A stretch of DNA of 64,000 nt from positions 12,939-76,938 of the forward strand of contig JADQBM010000037.1 in NCBI GenBank assembly GCA_016278615.1. The letters run 5' to 3'. Below are positions 40,449-50,485 of this stretch, piece after piece. The position numbers and the translations under genes were made by a program. Numbering within the stretch: the stretch's first letter is position 1; every line of letters begins with the position of its first letter. This DNA is from Clostridia bacterium. GTDB taxonomy: Bacteria > Bacillota > Clostridia > Peptostreptococcales > JAAYPU01. The notes beneath the pieces were generated by a model. The model ran no database searches, was not told the origin of the DNA, and saw nothing but the letters and a program-made list of their open reading frames with translations.

Positions 40449-41867
40449 TTATTCAGCCTCTACATCTGCAACAATTTCATCCATTGTCTTCTTCAATTGA
40501 TCCATACCTTCTTGAACTGAGTCATAATTACCAGCAACGATATCTTGAAGTGTCGCCGCCCATTCAGTAGTTGTTTGGAAAAAATGAGGTTGTGGAGTAA
40601 ACTGTATAGTTGTTCCAGGTACAGTAGCATTAAATGCTTCTATGTAGCCCGTATTTGTTGCCAATACATCTTGAACTTCTTGGCTCTCGAATACAGACTT
40701 TCTAGGTGGATCTACACAATTTCCTTCTGTGATAGACCATTTTTGGTAATCTGCACTGGTAAAGTATTGTAAGAATAACCAAGCAGCAGTCTTATTTTTA
40801 GAAGCTTCATTCATTGCCATAGACCATGTCCAAAGGTTAGAATTGATTTCTGTTTTTCCTTCTGGAAGTGGAGGTGCAACCCAAGCAAGGTTTCCTGCTT
40901 CTTCAGAAGCACCTTCTGGGTTTTGGAAATATCCATTACAAGTTGCATCAAATAACATAGCTGCTTTACCTGCACCAAAGTCAGCACCTGCTTGATACCA
41001 AGTATAGCTTGACCATGATGGCGCTCCACCGACTTCTATAAGATCAACCCACATTTCAGTCATCTCTACAGCTTCTGGTGAATTAACTTGAGATATAAGT
41101 TTCCCGTCTTCTATGGTAAAATCAACTGCACCATAGTTGGAATATGTGGTCATATATCCAGGATGGATGGTTCCCCAGTTTCTTGCACCACGAATGGCTA
41201 GTGGATAAGTTCCTGGTCCCCCAAATTCCTTTAATTCTTCACATACAGCCAAAAGTTCTTGCATTGTAGTCGGAACTTCTAAATCCATCTCATCAAAGAC
41301 TCTCTTATTGTAAGCCAATACATTGGATTCGAAACCTAAAGGCAGTGCCCATAATGGACCTGTACCAATTTTATGTCCGGCTTTGAGATCCCATCTGAGT
41401 CCTCCGATGATCCCTTCGTAAAAATCATCTACATCATAGCTGGGGTCTACCATGTTTGGATCATTTAAGAATTGATCCAAATCCGCTGTATATCCAGCTG
41501 GAGCGTACTCCCATATTTGATAAGCGCCTGTCATAAATAGATCAGGATCTCCAGAACGAGAATTTAAGGCGATTGTTAATTTATCAAAGTAATTTTCTTC
41601 TGGAGTCAGTGAATACTCAACCTCGATCCCTGTTTCTTCTGTAAATTCAGGAATCTTTTTAATAATTGCTTCTGCATAAGGATGTTGATTAAACATAACC
41701 TTGATAGTTGATCCACTTGCCATATCCCAGCTAAAACCTTCTACAGCAGCTGCATCACCTTCGGTATCTGTTTCACCTGCTGGTGTTGAACATGCCATCA
41801 TGTTCATAGATAAAACCAGTATGACTAAAACCGATACAAAAATTTTGATACTTTTAGATTTCTTCAT
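40449..41867 (-). CDS. Sugar/polyol ABC substrate-binding lipoprotein
   Basis: Lipobox MMAC; family-1 SBP motifs (FTEETGIEV, AAWLFLQY); start ATG 41867 after AAGGAGGGG. Confidence 0.9.
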   Translation of the reverse strand: MKKSKSIKIFVSVLVILVLSMNMMACSTPAGETDTEGDAAAVEGFSWDMASGSTIKVMFNQHPYAEAIIKKIPEFTEETGIEVEYSLTPEENYFDKLTIALNSRSGDPDLFMTGAYQIWEYAPAGYTADLDQFLNDPNMVDPSYDVDDFYEGIIGGLRWDLKAGHKIGTGPLWALPLGFESNVLAYNKRVFDEMDLEVPTTMQELLAVCEELKEFGGPGTYPLAIRGARNWGTIHPGYMTTYSNYGAVDFTIEDGKLISQVNSPEAVEMTEMWVDLIEVGGAPSWSSYTWYQAGADFGAGKAAMLFDATCNGYFQNPEGASEEAGNLAWVAPPLPEGKTEINSNLWTWSMAMNEASKNKTAAWLFLQYFTSADYQKWSITEGNCVDPPRKSVFESQEVQDVLATNTGYIEAFNATVPGTTIQFTPQPHFFQTTTEWAATLQDIVAGNYDSVQEGMDQLKKTMDEIVADVEAE

Positions 41868-42234
41868 GTTTCCCCTCCTTATAAAACGTACAGATTGAGA
41901 ATTATTATCCATTGGGACAACATTCCCTCATGCCTATTATATCTTGAGCCTTGACGGAATTGAATGAAATATATTACTAAATTTAGTACTTTCCTTTGTC
42001 AAATATTTGTCTATCTTTTTAAAAATCACAATATTTTAATGGTTTTTAGAATATTTTTAATATTTAGACAGATGGTATGGTACATTCATATATGCTATAA
42101 TATTGATGTTGATATTTCGCATTAATATGATATTTTTCTACAAATCCTTTAATTACATGTCATTATTTTCATTTTTTAAAATATAGTATGTTACTTTTTT
42201 TATATAATGCAATTGGCAGCGAGGTGTTAAGAAT

Positions 42235-43956
42235 ATGAATTTTTTTAGTATTCGAAATAAAATATTTCTATTTTATGCTTGTACCATTCTAATCTTCCTG
42301 TCGTTGGTCGCATATATTCTTTACTCTTTGTTCTTTAATACGCTCAAGGAACATCAAATAAACTACTCCATAGAACTGGCTAATAAAACACAATATAATT
42401 TAGAGTTCTTTTTGAATTCTGTCAATAACACAGCTGCTCTTATTTCCAAGAATTCCAGTATACTAGACGAGTTGTCTTCAATGGATGGGTTAAATAAAAC
42501 AGATATAAATACAATTCTTGAGAATACCGTGAGTGCCCACGAATATTTGAAGGGCATTTATATCATAGGACAAAATGGTACTGTCTATGTTAGTGACTGG
42601 GGAGTAAATTCAGAAGCCTTAATCGAATCATTTCAAGATTTTATGGATTTAGATTCTCCAGATGAAGTTTTTAAAGACTCTTACACTTATAAGTATCACA
42701 GTTCTTTGTCTGCCCGTACGCTCACCTATACAAAGCATATTTATGATTATAAAAATAATGTTGACTATGGCCTCTTAATCATTGCCATCAATTATGATAT
42801 TCTTCGAGAACTCATTACAACGACGTCTGTAACCCTTGAAAATAAAATGCTCGTTGTAGACACTCATGGCGAAACTCTATTTACCTTTCCATTTAACGCT
42901 TATTTAGATGAAGTCATATTTAAACATCCCGAGATATTGTCACAAAACAAACTTAGATTTACAGATAAAGTCTTCGGTGCTGAAAGTATCATTGTTTCCG
43001 ATACTGTTAAGTACAGCGATTGGAAAATCGTTAGTATTCATCCTTTAAATAACATACTTGCAGATATTCAAAAACTTTTTGTTGAGATGCTAAAGATGAT
43101 GGGTATTTTTTCTATCATTACAGCTCTTTTTGCTTATGCGTTTTCCTATAGCATAACAAAGCCCATCATGATTCTTTCCAGCAATATGAAGGAAGTAGAA
43201 AAAGGAAATTTATCTGTAAATGTTAAAGTCAAAAACAATGATGAACTTGGAGAGCTGACAACTGTTTTCAATAAAATGGTTAGAAGAATTAATCAGTTAA
43301 TCAGTAAGACGAAAGAGAACGAAAAACAAAAATCTGAAATGGAATTTAAAATTTTACAAGCACAAATTAATCCTCACTTTTTATACAACACCTTAGATTC
43401 AATAAGGTGGATGGCGGCCTTACAAAATGCGCCGGTAATAAGCACTATGGTGTCTTCTATAATCAATTTGCTAAAATATAACTTCTCAAGAAAAGATACT
43501 TTAGTATCTCTAAGCGAGGAGATAGAAAGTGTTAAAAACTATATCGCTATACAAAAGTTCAGATATGGCGATATGTTTGATATCAAATATGATATTCCTG
43601 ACACTATTTTAGAATACAAAACAATCAAGTTCATCATGCAACCTATCGTTGAAAATGCAATATTTCATGGTTTTGAGAATATAGAACATATCGGTCTTAT
43701 TGAAATATCTGCTTATGTTAAAAAGGATTTTGTGTACATAAGCATTACTGACAACGGTGCTGGTATGACTGAAGAAGAGTTGCAAAATATAACAAACAGA
43801 AAACCAAGCAATAAAAAATACCTAGAAATAGGTATCAAAAATGTAGATGATCGAATCAAGTTTTATTGTGGCGAAGCATGTGGTTTGTCTTTAAAGAGTA
43901 TCAAAAACAAAGGCACCACCGCTACCTTCAAGCTCCCTGTTGATATTAAACTTTAG
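42235..43956 (+). CDS. YesM/LytS-type sensor histidine kinase
   Basis: 2 TM, extracellular domain, HAMP (DELGEL), LQAQINPHFLYNTL, QPIVENAIFHG, DNGAG. Confidence 0.93.
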   Translation: MNFFSIRNKIFLFYACTILIFLSLVAYILYSLFFNTLKEHQINYSIELANKTQYNLEFFLNSVNNTAALISKNSSILDELSSMDGLNKTDINTILENTVSAHEYLKGIYIIGQNGTVYVSDWGVNSEALIESFQDFMDLDSPDEVFKDSYTYKYHSSLSARTLTYTKHIYDYKNNVDYGLLIIAINYDILRELITTTSVTLENKMLVVDTHGETLFTFPFNAYLDEVIFKHPEILSQNKLRFTDKVFGAESIIVSDTVKYSDWKIVSIHPLNNILADIQKLFVEMLKMMGIFSIITALFAYAFSYSITKPIMILSSNMKEVEKGNLSVNVKVKNNDELGELTTVFNKMVRRINQLISKTKENEKQKSEMEFKILQAQINPHFLYNTLDSIRWMAALQNAPVISTMVSSIINLLKYNFSRKDTLVSLSEEIESVKNYIAIQKFRYGDMFDIKYDIPDTILEYKTIKFIMQPIVENAIFHGFENIEHIGLIEISAYVKKDFVYISITDNGAGMTEEELQNITNRKPSNKKYLEIGIKNVDDRIKFYCGEACGLSLKSIKNKGTTATFKLPVDIKL

Positions 43957-43984
43957 TACAATGAGAATTTCCTCATCACAGGTA

Positions 43985-45556
43985 TTATCTAAAATGTTTC
44001 TTTTGATATTCTTTACAGGATATGCCTACTTTTTCTTTAAATACTTTGCTAAAATAATAGGGATTGTCAAACCCTACTTTTTCTGCTATTTCATAGATCT
44101 TATAGTGGGATTCCTTCAGATATTCTTTACATTTCTCAATTCTATGATTGGTTAAAAAAATAGAAAAGTTAATCCCTGTTTCTTGTTTGAAAAGCAAACT
44201 TAAATAGCTTTTGCTTATCTGAGAGTACTCCGCAACCTCATCTAATGAAATATTTCTTTCATAGTTTTCTTTAATAAATTGAATGCTTCTCTTAATATAA
44301 TAGGAATAGTCTTTTTCTTCATTTATCATAGTTATAAAATGATACACATCTTTAACATAGACTTTAATGGCATTAAAATCCGAGAGTTTTTCAAAGTAAA
44401 GATATCTAAATTTTGCATCATTTACTATTTCTTCTTCAGGAAATCTTTCTTGATAGATAATCTTAGCCAAACTGATAAAATCGATAAAAAGCTTTCTAAC
44501 TCCCATTTTATTGTAGGTGGTATAGATTTTATCGAATCGATTATCTATATACGCATATAATTTTTCCATATCTGAACTCTCTACATAACCCCTTATAACA
44601 TCGGGTTTTATCTTAATATTGTCATCCACTATTTTTTCTAAATTTTGATCATAATGAATGACTTTGTTTTCACTGAAAAAACACCTTTCACACGCCGTTT
44701 TTCCCTCTATAACAAGTTTTGGGATGTCTAATAGTTCATGGCTAACAGAACTCACCCCAAAATAAATATCCAAGTCAAAGAATTGCTTTATATTTCTTTT
44801 CAACATATCTATAATTTCTTCTAGCTCATTTTTATGGTCATTGGTTTTAAAATTTATATTATATAAGTAAATCAAATGATTATCTACCATCATCATAGCT
44901 TGTCTCACATGATTCTTACTAATAAAAATATTAGAAATATTCTTAAAAAAATCATTATGACTCATGTCGTAATCAGCATCGCCATTATAGCATATCTTGC
45001 CATATGCCACATAGAAATGCTCAAAAAATTGGACATCCATATCTACATTCATTAATTCTGTATAATTTACTTTTGAAATATTGGATAGAATCGCTTTTTC
45101 CAGTGCGTAATACAGAAAATCCGTTTTCATTGAACTTCTTATGTTGTTTTGTTTGGGAGGCTCCATTTCTTTAGATAATTTTTTTAATATCAATAACAAG
45201 TTATCTGCCGATAAATTATTTTTCAATATAAATTCCGATGCCCCTAATTTTATCGCCTTTTGTGCGTATGAAAATTCATCATAATGCGTCAGTATGATAG
45301 ATTTTAAATCTTTCTTTTTTTCCTTAAGCCTTCTAATAACTTCTAATCCATCTACAACCGGCATTCTTATATCTGTAATAATAATATCCGCATCAAATTT
45401 ATCAAAAAGTTCAACCGCCTCTTTGCCATTTTTAGCTTCTCCCACAATAGTGAATCCATTCTTCTCCCAATCTATAGTCGTTCTTAATCCAATTCTTACT
45501 AAAAGCTCATCATCAGCTATTAAAACTTTTATCAATTTTATCAGCTCCACTTTCAA
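43985..45556 (-). CDS. YesN-type response regulator (receiver plus AraC HTH)
   Basis: VLIADDE, TDIRMP..DG, C-terminal YEIAEKVGFDNPYYFSKVFK; true start may be TTG 45535. Confidence 0.93.
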   Translation of the reverse strand: MKVELIKLIKVLIADDELLVRIGLRTTIDWEKNGFTIVGEAKNGKEAVELFDKFDADIIITDIRMPVVDGLEVIRRLKEKKKDLKSIILTHYDEFSYAQKAIKLGASEFILKNNLSADNLLLILKKLSKEMEPPKQNNIRSSMKTDFLYYALEKAILSNISKVNYTELMNVDMDVQFFEHFYVAYGKICYNGDADYDMSHNDFFKNISNIFISKNHVRQAMMMVDNHLIYLYNINFKTNDHKNELEEIIDMLKRNIKQFFDLDIYFGVSSVSHELLDIPKLVIEGKTACERCFFSENKVIHYDQNLEKIVDDNIKIKPDVIRGYVESSDMEKLYAYIDNRFDKIYTTYNKMGVRKLFIDFISLAKIIYQERFPEEEIVNDAKFRYLYFEKLSDFNAIKVYVKDVYHFITMINEEKDYSYYIKRSIQFIKENYERNISLDEVAEYSQISKSYLSLLFKQETGINFSIFLTNHRIEKCKEYLKESHYKIYEIAEKVGFDNPYYFSKVFKEKVGISCKEYQKKHFR

Positions 45557-45652
45557 ATTGTATTTAAGATTTATGTATTAATATTATATCATCAATTTTT
45601 ACAGAATAAAATAATATTAAATATGGCTTTCACTTGAAAAAAATGTAATGGA

Positions 45653-45684
45653 AAAATAATAAAATAATAAAATAATAAAATAAT
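45653..45684. repeat. 8-bp tandem repeat (AAAATAAT)x4
   Basis: Read directly, upstream of the response regulator. Confidence 0.75.
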
Positions 45685-45722
45685 ATAAATCAATCAAAAA
45701 TTTATAATATCAATTAAATATT

Positions 45723-45761
45723 AAAGCCCAAATACTGGTTGTTCATCAGTGTTTGGGCCTT
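45723..45761 (-). terminator. Intrinsic terminator
   Basis: GCCCAAATACTG...CAGTGTTTGGGC hairpin after the deacetylase gene. Confidence 0.65.
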
Positions 45762-45783
45762 CATCTTGAGCTGATTTTTCTAA

Positions 45784-46887
45784 TCAAGGGTTTAATACCT
45801 CTGTTACGGTTCCAAAAGAATACCCCTGATTCCGTAATCTGTCAATAATTGGTTGGAGCGCCTGGGGCGTTTGGCTTGCAGCCTGATGCATGAGAATGAT
45901 TGCACCAGGTTCAATATTATCTACTATTCTATTTATTATGAAATCTACACCTGGACTCTGCCAATCTAAGGAATCCACGGTCCACATAATCGTCAAATAT
46001 CCCAACCGTGCTACCGTATTGAGTATGCTTTGATCATATTCACCAAAAGGGGGTCTAAAAAGATAGGGTCTTCTTCCAATGGTATTTGTAATTATTGATC
46101 CTGCACTGACTAATTGATTGGCCACTTCACTTAGAGATATCTGTGGAAGGTGGGGGTGGGTATAAGTGTGATTTCCTATCTCATGCCCTGCATTGGCTAT
46201 ATTTCGTACAAGTTGCGGGAAGTTTTCAACCCATATACCCGATAAAAAGAATGTGGCTTTTATATTGTTTCTCCTCAAAATATCTAATAAAGTAGCAGTC
46301 TGATTATCCCCATATGTGGCATCAAAGGTCAAGGCAACCATTCTCTTAGATGGATTTCCTTTATAAATCGCTTTCGCATTCTGAGGCAAAGGAATCACAA
46401 ACACCTGCCCCACCCTTATAAGTGAAGGATTTTGAATATTGTTGATCCTTGCCAACTCTGCTACGGTGGTCCCAAACCTTCTTGCAATGGAATAAAGTGT
46501 ATCTTTAGGCTGTACCGTATACCTTGCTACTCCATTTCCAAAAGGATCTACGGCATCCTCAGGAAGAAGTAGTTTTTTCCCTGGGAAAATAAGATTGGCG
46601 TTTTGAATATTATTCAGTTCAACAATGCTCTCAACAGAGACTTGAAATAAACGAGCGATACTGGATAATGTATCTCCTTGTTGTACCGTATAGATACTTC
46701 CTCCCGGTGGTGGTCCCCCAGGGGGTTCCATGACATCCACTGGAATAATGATCCTTGTGCCAGGATAAATCAAATTTGGATTTGTTATATAATTTGCACT
46801 TACAATTGCTTGAACAGTAGTTCCATACAAACGCGCAATACTCAAAAGAGTATCCCCAGGCTTTATGGTGTATGCTATTTCAGGCAT
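45784..46887 (-). CDS. Three-LysM plus NodB polysaccharide deacetylase
   Basis: 3 LysM repeats; ALTFDA, ATFF, GNHTYTHP, FRPPFG, DSLDW, ILMH. Confidence 0.92.
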   Translation of the reverse strand: MPEIAYTIKPGDTLLSIARLYGTTVQAIVSANYITNPNLIYPGTRIIIPVDVMEPPGGPPPGGSIYTVQQGDTLSSIARLFQVSVESIVELNNIQNANLIFPGKKLLLPEDAVDPFGNGVARYTVQPKDTLYSIARRFGTTVAELARINNIQNPSLIRVGQVFVIPLPQNAKAIYKGNPSKRMVALTFDATYGDNQTATLLDILRRNNIKATFFLSGIWVENFPQLVRNIANAGHEIGNHTYTHPHLPQISLSEVANQLVSAGSIITNTIGRRPYLFRPPFGEYDQSILNTVARLGYLTIMWTVDSLDWQSPGVDFIINRIVDNIEPGAIILMHQAASQTPQALQPIIDRLRNQGYSFGTVTEVLNP

Positions 46888-46949
46888 AAAAAAACACCTC
46901 CTGTTTTATGATATTCAAGAGGCATCCCTTTAGACTGCATTATTTAAGG

Positions 46950-46981
46950 AAACCTCCGAAAATATTATTCGGAGGTTTTTT
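46950..46981. terminator. Terminator after opuAC
   Basis: AAACCTCCGAA...TTCGGAGGTTT hairpin. Confidence 0.7.
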
Positions 46982-46997
46982 GTTTGTTAATATAGTA

Positions 46998-47897
46998 TTA
47001 TTCTTCTGGTAACCAGCTATTTACTAATTCTTCATGATTCTCCATCCACTCTCTAGCAGTGTCGATTGGGTCAACATCTTCATTATCTGCAATAGCACCC
47101 ATTAAATCTCCTAATTGCTGTCCGTCTAAATAAAAGTCTGTCAAGAACTGAGCGACTTCAGGCATGTCTTCACTAAGCCCTTTACGTGTTACTGTATGAA
47201 TGTTTTCTACGCCTCCATAAGTGCCTTTGGGGTCTTCAAGAAATTTAAGGTCCCAACGAGCAAACTTCCAGTGGGGTGCCCATCCGGTTACGGCAACAGC
47301 CTCATTACTATCAATGGCCTTTTTCAATGAAGCCGTCATTGTTGGACCACTACCTGGAATCAGTTCATATTCCAATCCATACTCTTCAATGGTTGCATCT
47401 GTTGCTTTCATAATCCCAGCACCAGAGTCAATTCCAATAAGCCTTTCTTGAAATTCTTCCTTTTTATCATTCAACTCTTCAATGCTGTTGATATCTACAT
47501 ATGCAGGAACCACCAAACCAATTCGTGCTCCTTCAAAGTTGTATCCTAAATCATCTAAATCTTCTCCATATTCTTCCATGTAACTTTCATGTGTAACTGG
47601 AAGCCAAGCATCCAAAAATGCATCTGAATCGCCACTGGCAAGAGAAGTAAATATTGGCGCTACATCAGCCATAGTTGTTTCAACTTCATATCCCATCTTA
47701 TCTTCTAATATTGCTTGTGCCAGGTGTGTCATGGCCACACCTTCTGCCCAATTCACATATGCCAACTTTACGGTTCCTTTTTCTTCAGCAACGTCTGCTT
47801 GTTCTGTATCTCCTTGATCTTGAGTACAACCAAAGAGCGTACCGCTCATAATTACCACCATCAATAAAATCATGGACTTAAATAAAAACTTTTTCAT
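46998..47897 (-). CDS. opuAC: Glycine betaine ABC substrate-binding lipoprotein
   Basis: Lipobox LFGC; W.EG, AWLP.TH, GIDSGAG, GWAPHW, LEDPK. Confidence 0.92.
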   Translation of the reverse strand: MKKFLFKSMILLMVVIMSGTLFGCTQDQGDTEQADVAEEKGTVKLAYVNWAEGVAMTHLAQAILEDKMGYEVETTMADVAPIFTSLASGDSDAFLDAWLPVTHESYMEEYGEDLDDLGYNFEGARIGLVVPAYVDINSIEELNDKKEEFQERLIGIDSGAGIMKATDATIEEYGLEYELIPGSGPTMTASLKKAIDSNEAVAVTGWAPHWKFARWDLKFLEDPKGTYGGVENIHTVTRKGLSEDMPEVAQFLTDFYLDGQQLGDLMGAIADNEDVDPIDTAREWMENHEELVNSWLPEE

Positions 47898-47947
47898 AAA
47901 ACTCTCTCTCCTTCTTTCTTGTAAAAATTATATATAAGCCACAGGAA

Positions 47948-48784
47948 TTAACCTGTACGAGCTTTCTTAGAATTACCTAAAGCTTGTGTCACGCGGTCCA
48001 ATACCATTGCTAAGATAACAACGGCAATACCACCTTCAAACCCTTTACCTATTTGCATCTGGGTGACGCCTTTTAATACTTCTTCCCCCAAGCCCCTTGC
48101 ACCAATCATTGCAGAAATGACGACCATGGAAAGGGCAAGCATAATGGTCTGGTTAACACCAGCAAGTATTGTAGGTGTCGCTAAGGGCAGTTGGACCTTC
48201 ATTAACATTTGTTTACTTGTAGAACCGAAGGACTTCGCAGCCTCAATAACATCTTCCGGTACTTGTCGAATGCCTAAATTAGTCAATCTCACCACAGGTG
48301 GCATAGCAAAAATAATGGTTGCTACAGCACCGGGTACTTTTCCTAAATCGAAGAAAATGACTGCTGGTATCAAATATACAAACGCTGGCATGGTCTGCAT
48401 GAAATCTAATACAGGTTTTACGATTCGGTCCACCAAATCATTTCTCGCCATCCATATTCCTAATGGGATACCAATTACTAAAGCAATCACTGTAGCTGTA
48501 AACACTAGTGCCAGGGTTTCCATTGTTTCATCCCAAAGCTGTATATTCTCTATTATTAATAGCCCTACAGCACTGAAAATTGCTACTTTTCTGCCTGCTA
48601 CTTTCCAGGCTAATAATGCAATGATTGCAATAAATACCAATGTAGGTATAAATAATAGCGTCATTTCAAACCCACTAATTAATCCTAAGATAGCCGCTTT
48701 CATGCCATCAAATACAGGTTCAAAATTTTCAGTTAACCAATCAATAAATGCTTCAAAATATTTTCCAATGGGAATTTTAGACAT
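47948..48784 (-). CDS. opuAB: Glycine betaine ABC permease
   Basis: [30 protein letters not shown]; start ATG 48784. Confidence 0.93.
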   Translation of the reverse strand: MSKIPIGKYFEAFIDWLTENFEPVFDGMKAAILGLISGFEMTLLFIPTLVFIAIIALLAWKVAGRKVAIFSAVGLLIIENIQLWDETMETLALVFTATVIALVIGIPLGIWMARNDLVDRIVKPVLDFMQTMPAFVYLIPAVIFFDLGKVPGAVATIIFAMPPVVRLTNLGIRQVPEDVIEAAKSFGSTSKQMLMKVQLPLATPTILAGVNQTIMLALSMVVISAMIGARGLGEEVLKGVTQMQIGKGFEGGIAVVILAMVLDRVTQALGNSKKARTG

Positions 48785-49970
48785 CTGAATTCTCCTCTCC
48801 CATAATTCCTGTAAGCACAGATACCCTAACAATAATACCGACCATCTTATTTTCTTCATCTGTCACGACAATTGGATATTTTGTATTAACCGCTATAGGT
48901 AACAAATCTATAATCGGTGTATCTGGGGAAGTCTTATGGATGTCTTTATTAATAATGCTGTCAATACTATTACCGCCTTCTTTCAATAGATTTAAAGCAT
49001 CATCTATGGTTATAATTCCTTGAATATGCCTTTCTTTATTTACAACAAAAATGCTTGATATTGCTGATTCTTTCATTTTTCTTACGGCTACACGGACACC
49101 ATCTTTTGATGAAACAATTGCATCCGGTTTTTTCATAATCGCAGCAGCTGTAACCACCTTAACTCGATTAACATCCTGTAAAAACTCTCTGACATAATCA
49201 TCAGCAGGGTTATTTAATATTTCTTCCGGTGTGCCAATTTGTACAATGACCCCATCTTTCATAATTGCGATACGATCGCCTATCTTCAATGCTTCATCAA
49301 GGTCATGGGTAATAAATACAATGGTCTTTTTCATTCGCGCCTGTAAATCTAAAAGCTCATCTTGCATTTCCTTTCGAATAAGAGGATCTAATGCACTAAA
49401 TGCTTCATCCATAAGCAGTATGTCTGCCTCAGTAGCTAAAGCTCTTGCCAGACCTACTCTCTGTTGCATTCCCCCACTTAGTTCTGAAGGCATGGATTCT
49501 TCATAGCCTTTTAATCCTACTGCTTCTAAAGCATTATAAGATTTCTTTTTACGCTCCTCTAATCCTACATCTTGAACCTCTAAACCATAGGCCACATTGT
49601 CCCAAACCGTACGATGAGGAAATAAAGCAAAATGCTGAAATACCATTGCCACTTTTTTTCTTCGTATTTCCAGTAAGGTTTCTTTACTACAGCCTACAAT
49701 GTTCTGTCCATCAATGATCACTTCTCCATCTGTAGGTTCAATCAACCTATTTAAGCACCTTATTAATGTAGATTTTCCACTTCCAGACAAACCCATAACC
49801 ACAAAGGTCTCTCCTTGTTCTACTATAAAACTCGAATTATTGATGCCAATTCCATGTCCTGTTTTTTTCAATAATTCTTCTTTTGACATTCCATTTTTCA
49901 CATGGGAAAGATTTTTTTTAGGATGGCTCCCATAAATTTTATATAAATTTTTAACCTCTACTTTGACCAT
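48777..49970 (-). CDS. opuAA: Glycine betaine ABC ATPase with tandem CBS domains
   Basis: [28 protein letters not shown]; C-terminal CBS pair. Confidence 0.95.
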   Translation of the reverse strand: MVKVEVKNLYKIYGSHPKKNLSHVKNGMSKEELLKKTGHGIGINNSSFIVEQGETFVVMGLSGSGKSTLIRCLNRLIEPTDGEVIIDGQNIVGCSKETLLEIRRKKVAMVFQHFALFPHRTVWDNVAYGLEVQDVGLEERKKKSYNALEAVGLKGYEESMPSELSGGMQQRVGLARALATEADILLMDEAFSALDPLIRKEMQDELLDLQARMKKTIVFITHDLDEALKIGDRIAIMKDGVIVQIGTPEEILNNPADDYVREFLQDVNRVKVVTAAAIMKKPDAIVSSKDGVRVAVRKMKESAISSIFVVNKERHIQGIITIDDALNLLKEGGNSIDSIINKDIHKTSPDTPIIDLLPIAVNTKYPIVVTDEENKMVGIIVRVSVLTGIMGEENSDV

Positions 49971-50053
49971 TTCTTTACCACCACCTTCTTTATTGAATAT
50001 CTTTATGATATTTTTTAATAAGACATTAATTTAAAATAATAATGCTTTAATTC

Positions 50054-50092
50054 AAAAAAAAAGAACTCTAACTTTATTTTCATAGAGTTAGA
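50054..50092 (-). terminator. Intrinsic terminator inside the opuA leader
   Basis: RNA UCUAACUCUAU-GAAA-AUAAAGUUAGA followed by GUUC and U9, about 85 nt before the opuAA start. Confidence 0.85.
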
Positions 50093-50187
50093 ATGCCTAA
50101 GCTCGCCTTAAAGACGTTTCATTATACCATCTCAATAAGAATGGTATAGCACATTTCCTTACAGTACCTGTGCAGACCCCAGTTCTA
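50089..50187 (-). ncRNA. Candidate riboswitch/attenuator aptamer in the opuA leader
   Basis: Four hand-folded stems around a junction; the closing stem overlaps the terminator 5' arm; family not recognised. Confidence 0.55.
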
Positions 50188-50306
50188 AAAATCATTTTTC
50201 AACTATAGTTTCGTCTTTTTTCTTAACTTGTCGATACTAAAATCAGCAAAAAAAGATTACTTCCTATACCCTACTTCATGTTTCTTATTTTAAATCATTA
50301 ACTGGA

Positions 50307-50335
50307 ATTATACCGTTCATCATCCTACTTGTCAA
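50307..50335 (-). promoter_or_regulatory. SigmaA promoter of opuA
   Basis: Perfect TTGACA-17 bp-TATAAT on the minus strand. Confidence 0.9.
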
Positions 50336-50404
50336 CCATTCACAATCCAAAACCAGCTCCATAAGGCTCTGTCTTTACTATAAAATCAATGATTGTGATG
50401 ATTG

Positions 50405-50444
50405 AAAAAGAAGCAAACAAAAGATCCATTGTTTGCTCCTTCTT
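50405..50444 (-). terminator. Terminator after the large SLH gene
   Basis: AGCAAACAA...TTGTTTGCT hairpin with a T run on the minus strand. Confidence 0.65.
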
Positions 50445-50485
50445 ATATATATTACTTACTTATTACATATATTACTTATTTTATA

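Noticed and set aside
48063-48788. 241-aa plus-strand ORF
   Set aside because: Antisense shadow of opuAB, like many other opposite-strand ORFs in the track
50054-50300. Canonical c-di-AMP (ydaO) riboswitch or hammerhead ribozyme
   Set aside because: I could not find the GCUGAA...GGGGGA ydaO pattern or a CUGANGA/GAAA core; kept as an unassigned candidate pending an Rfam scan
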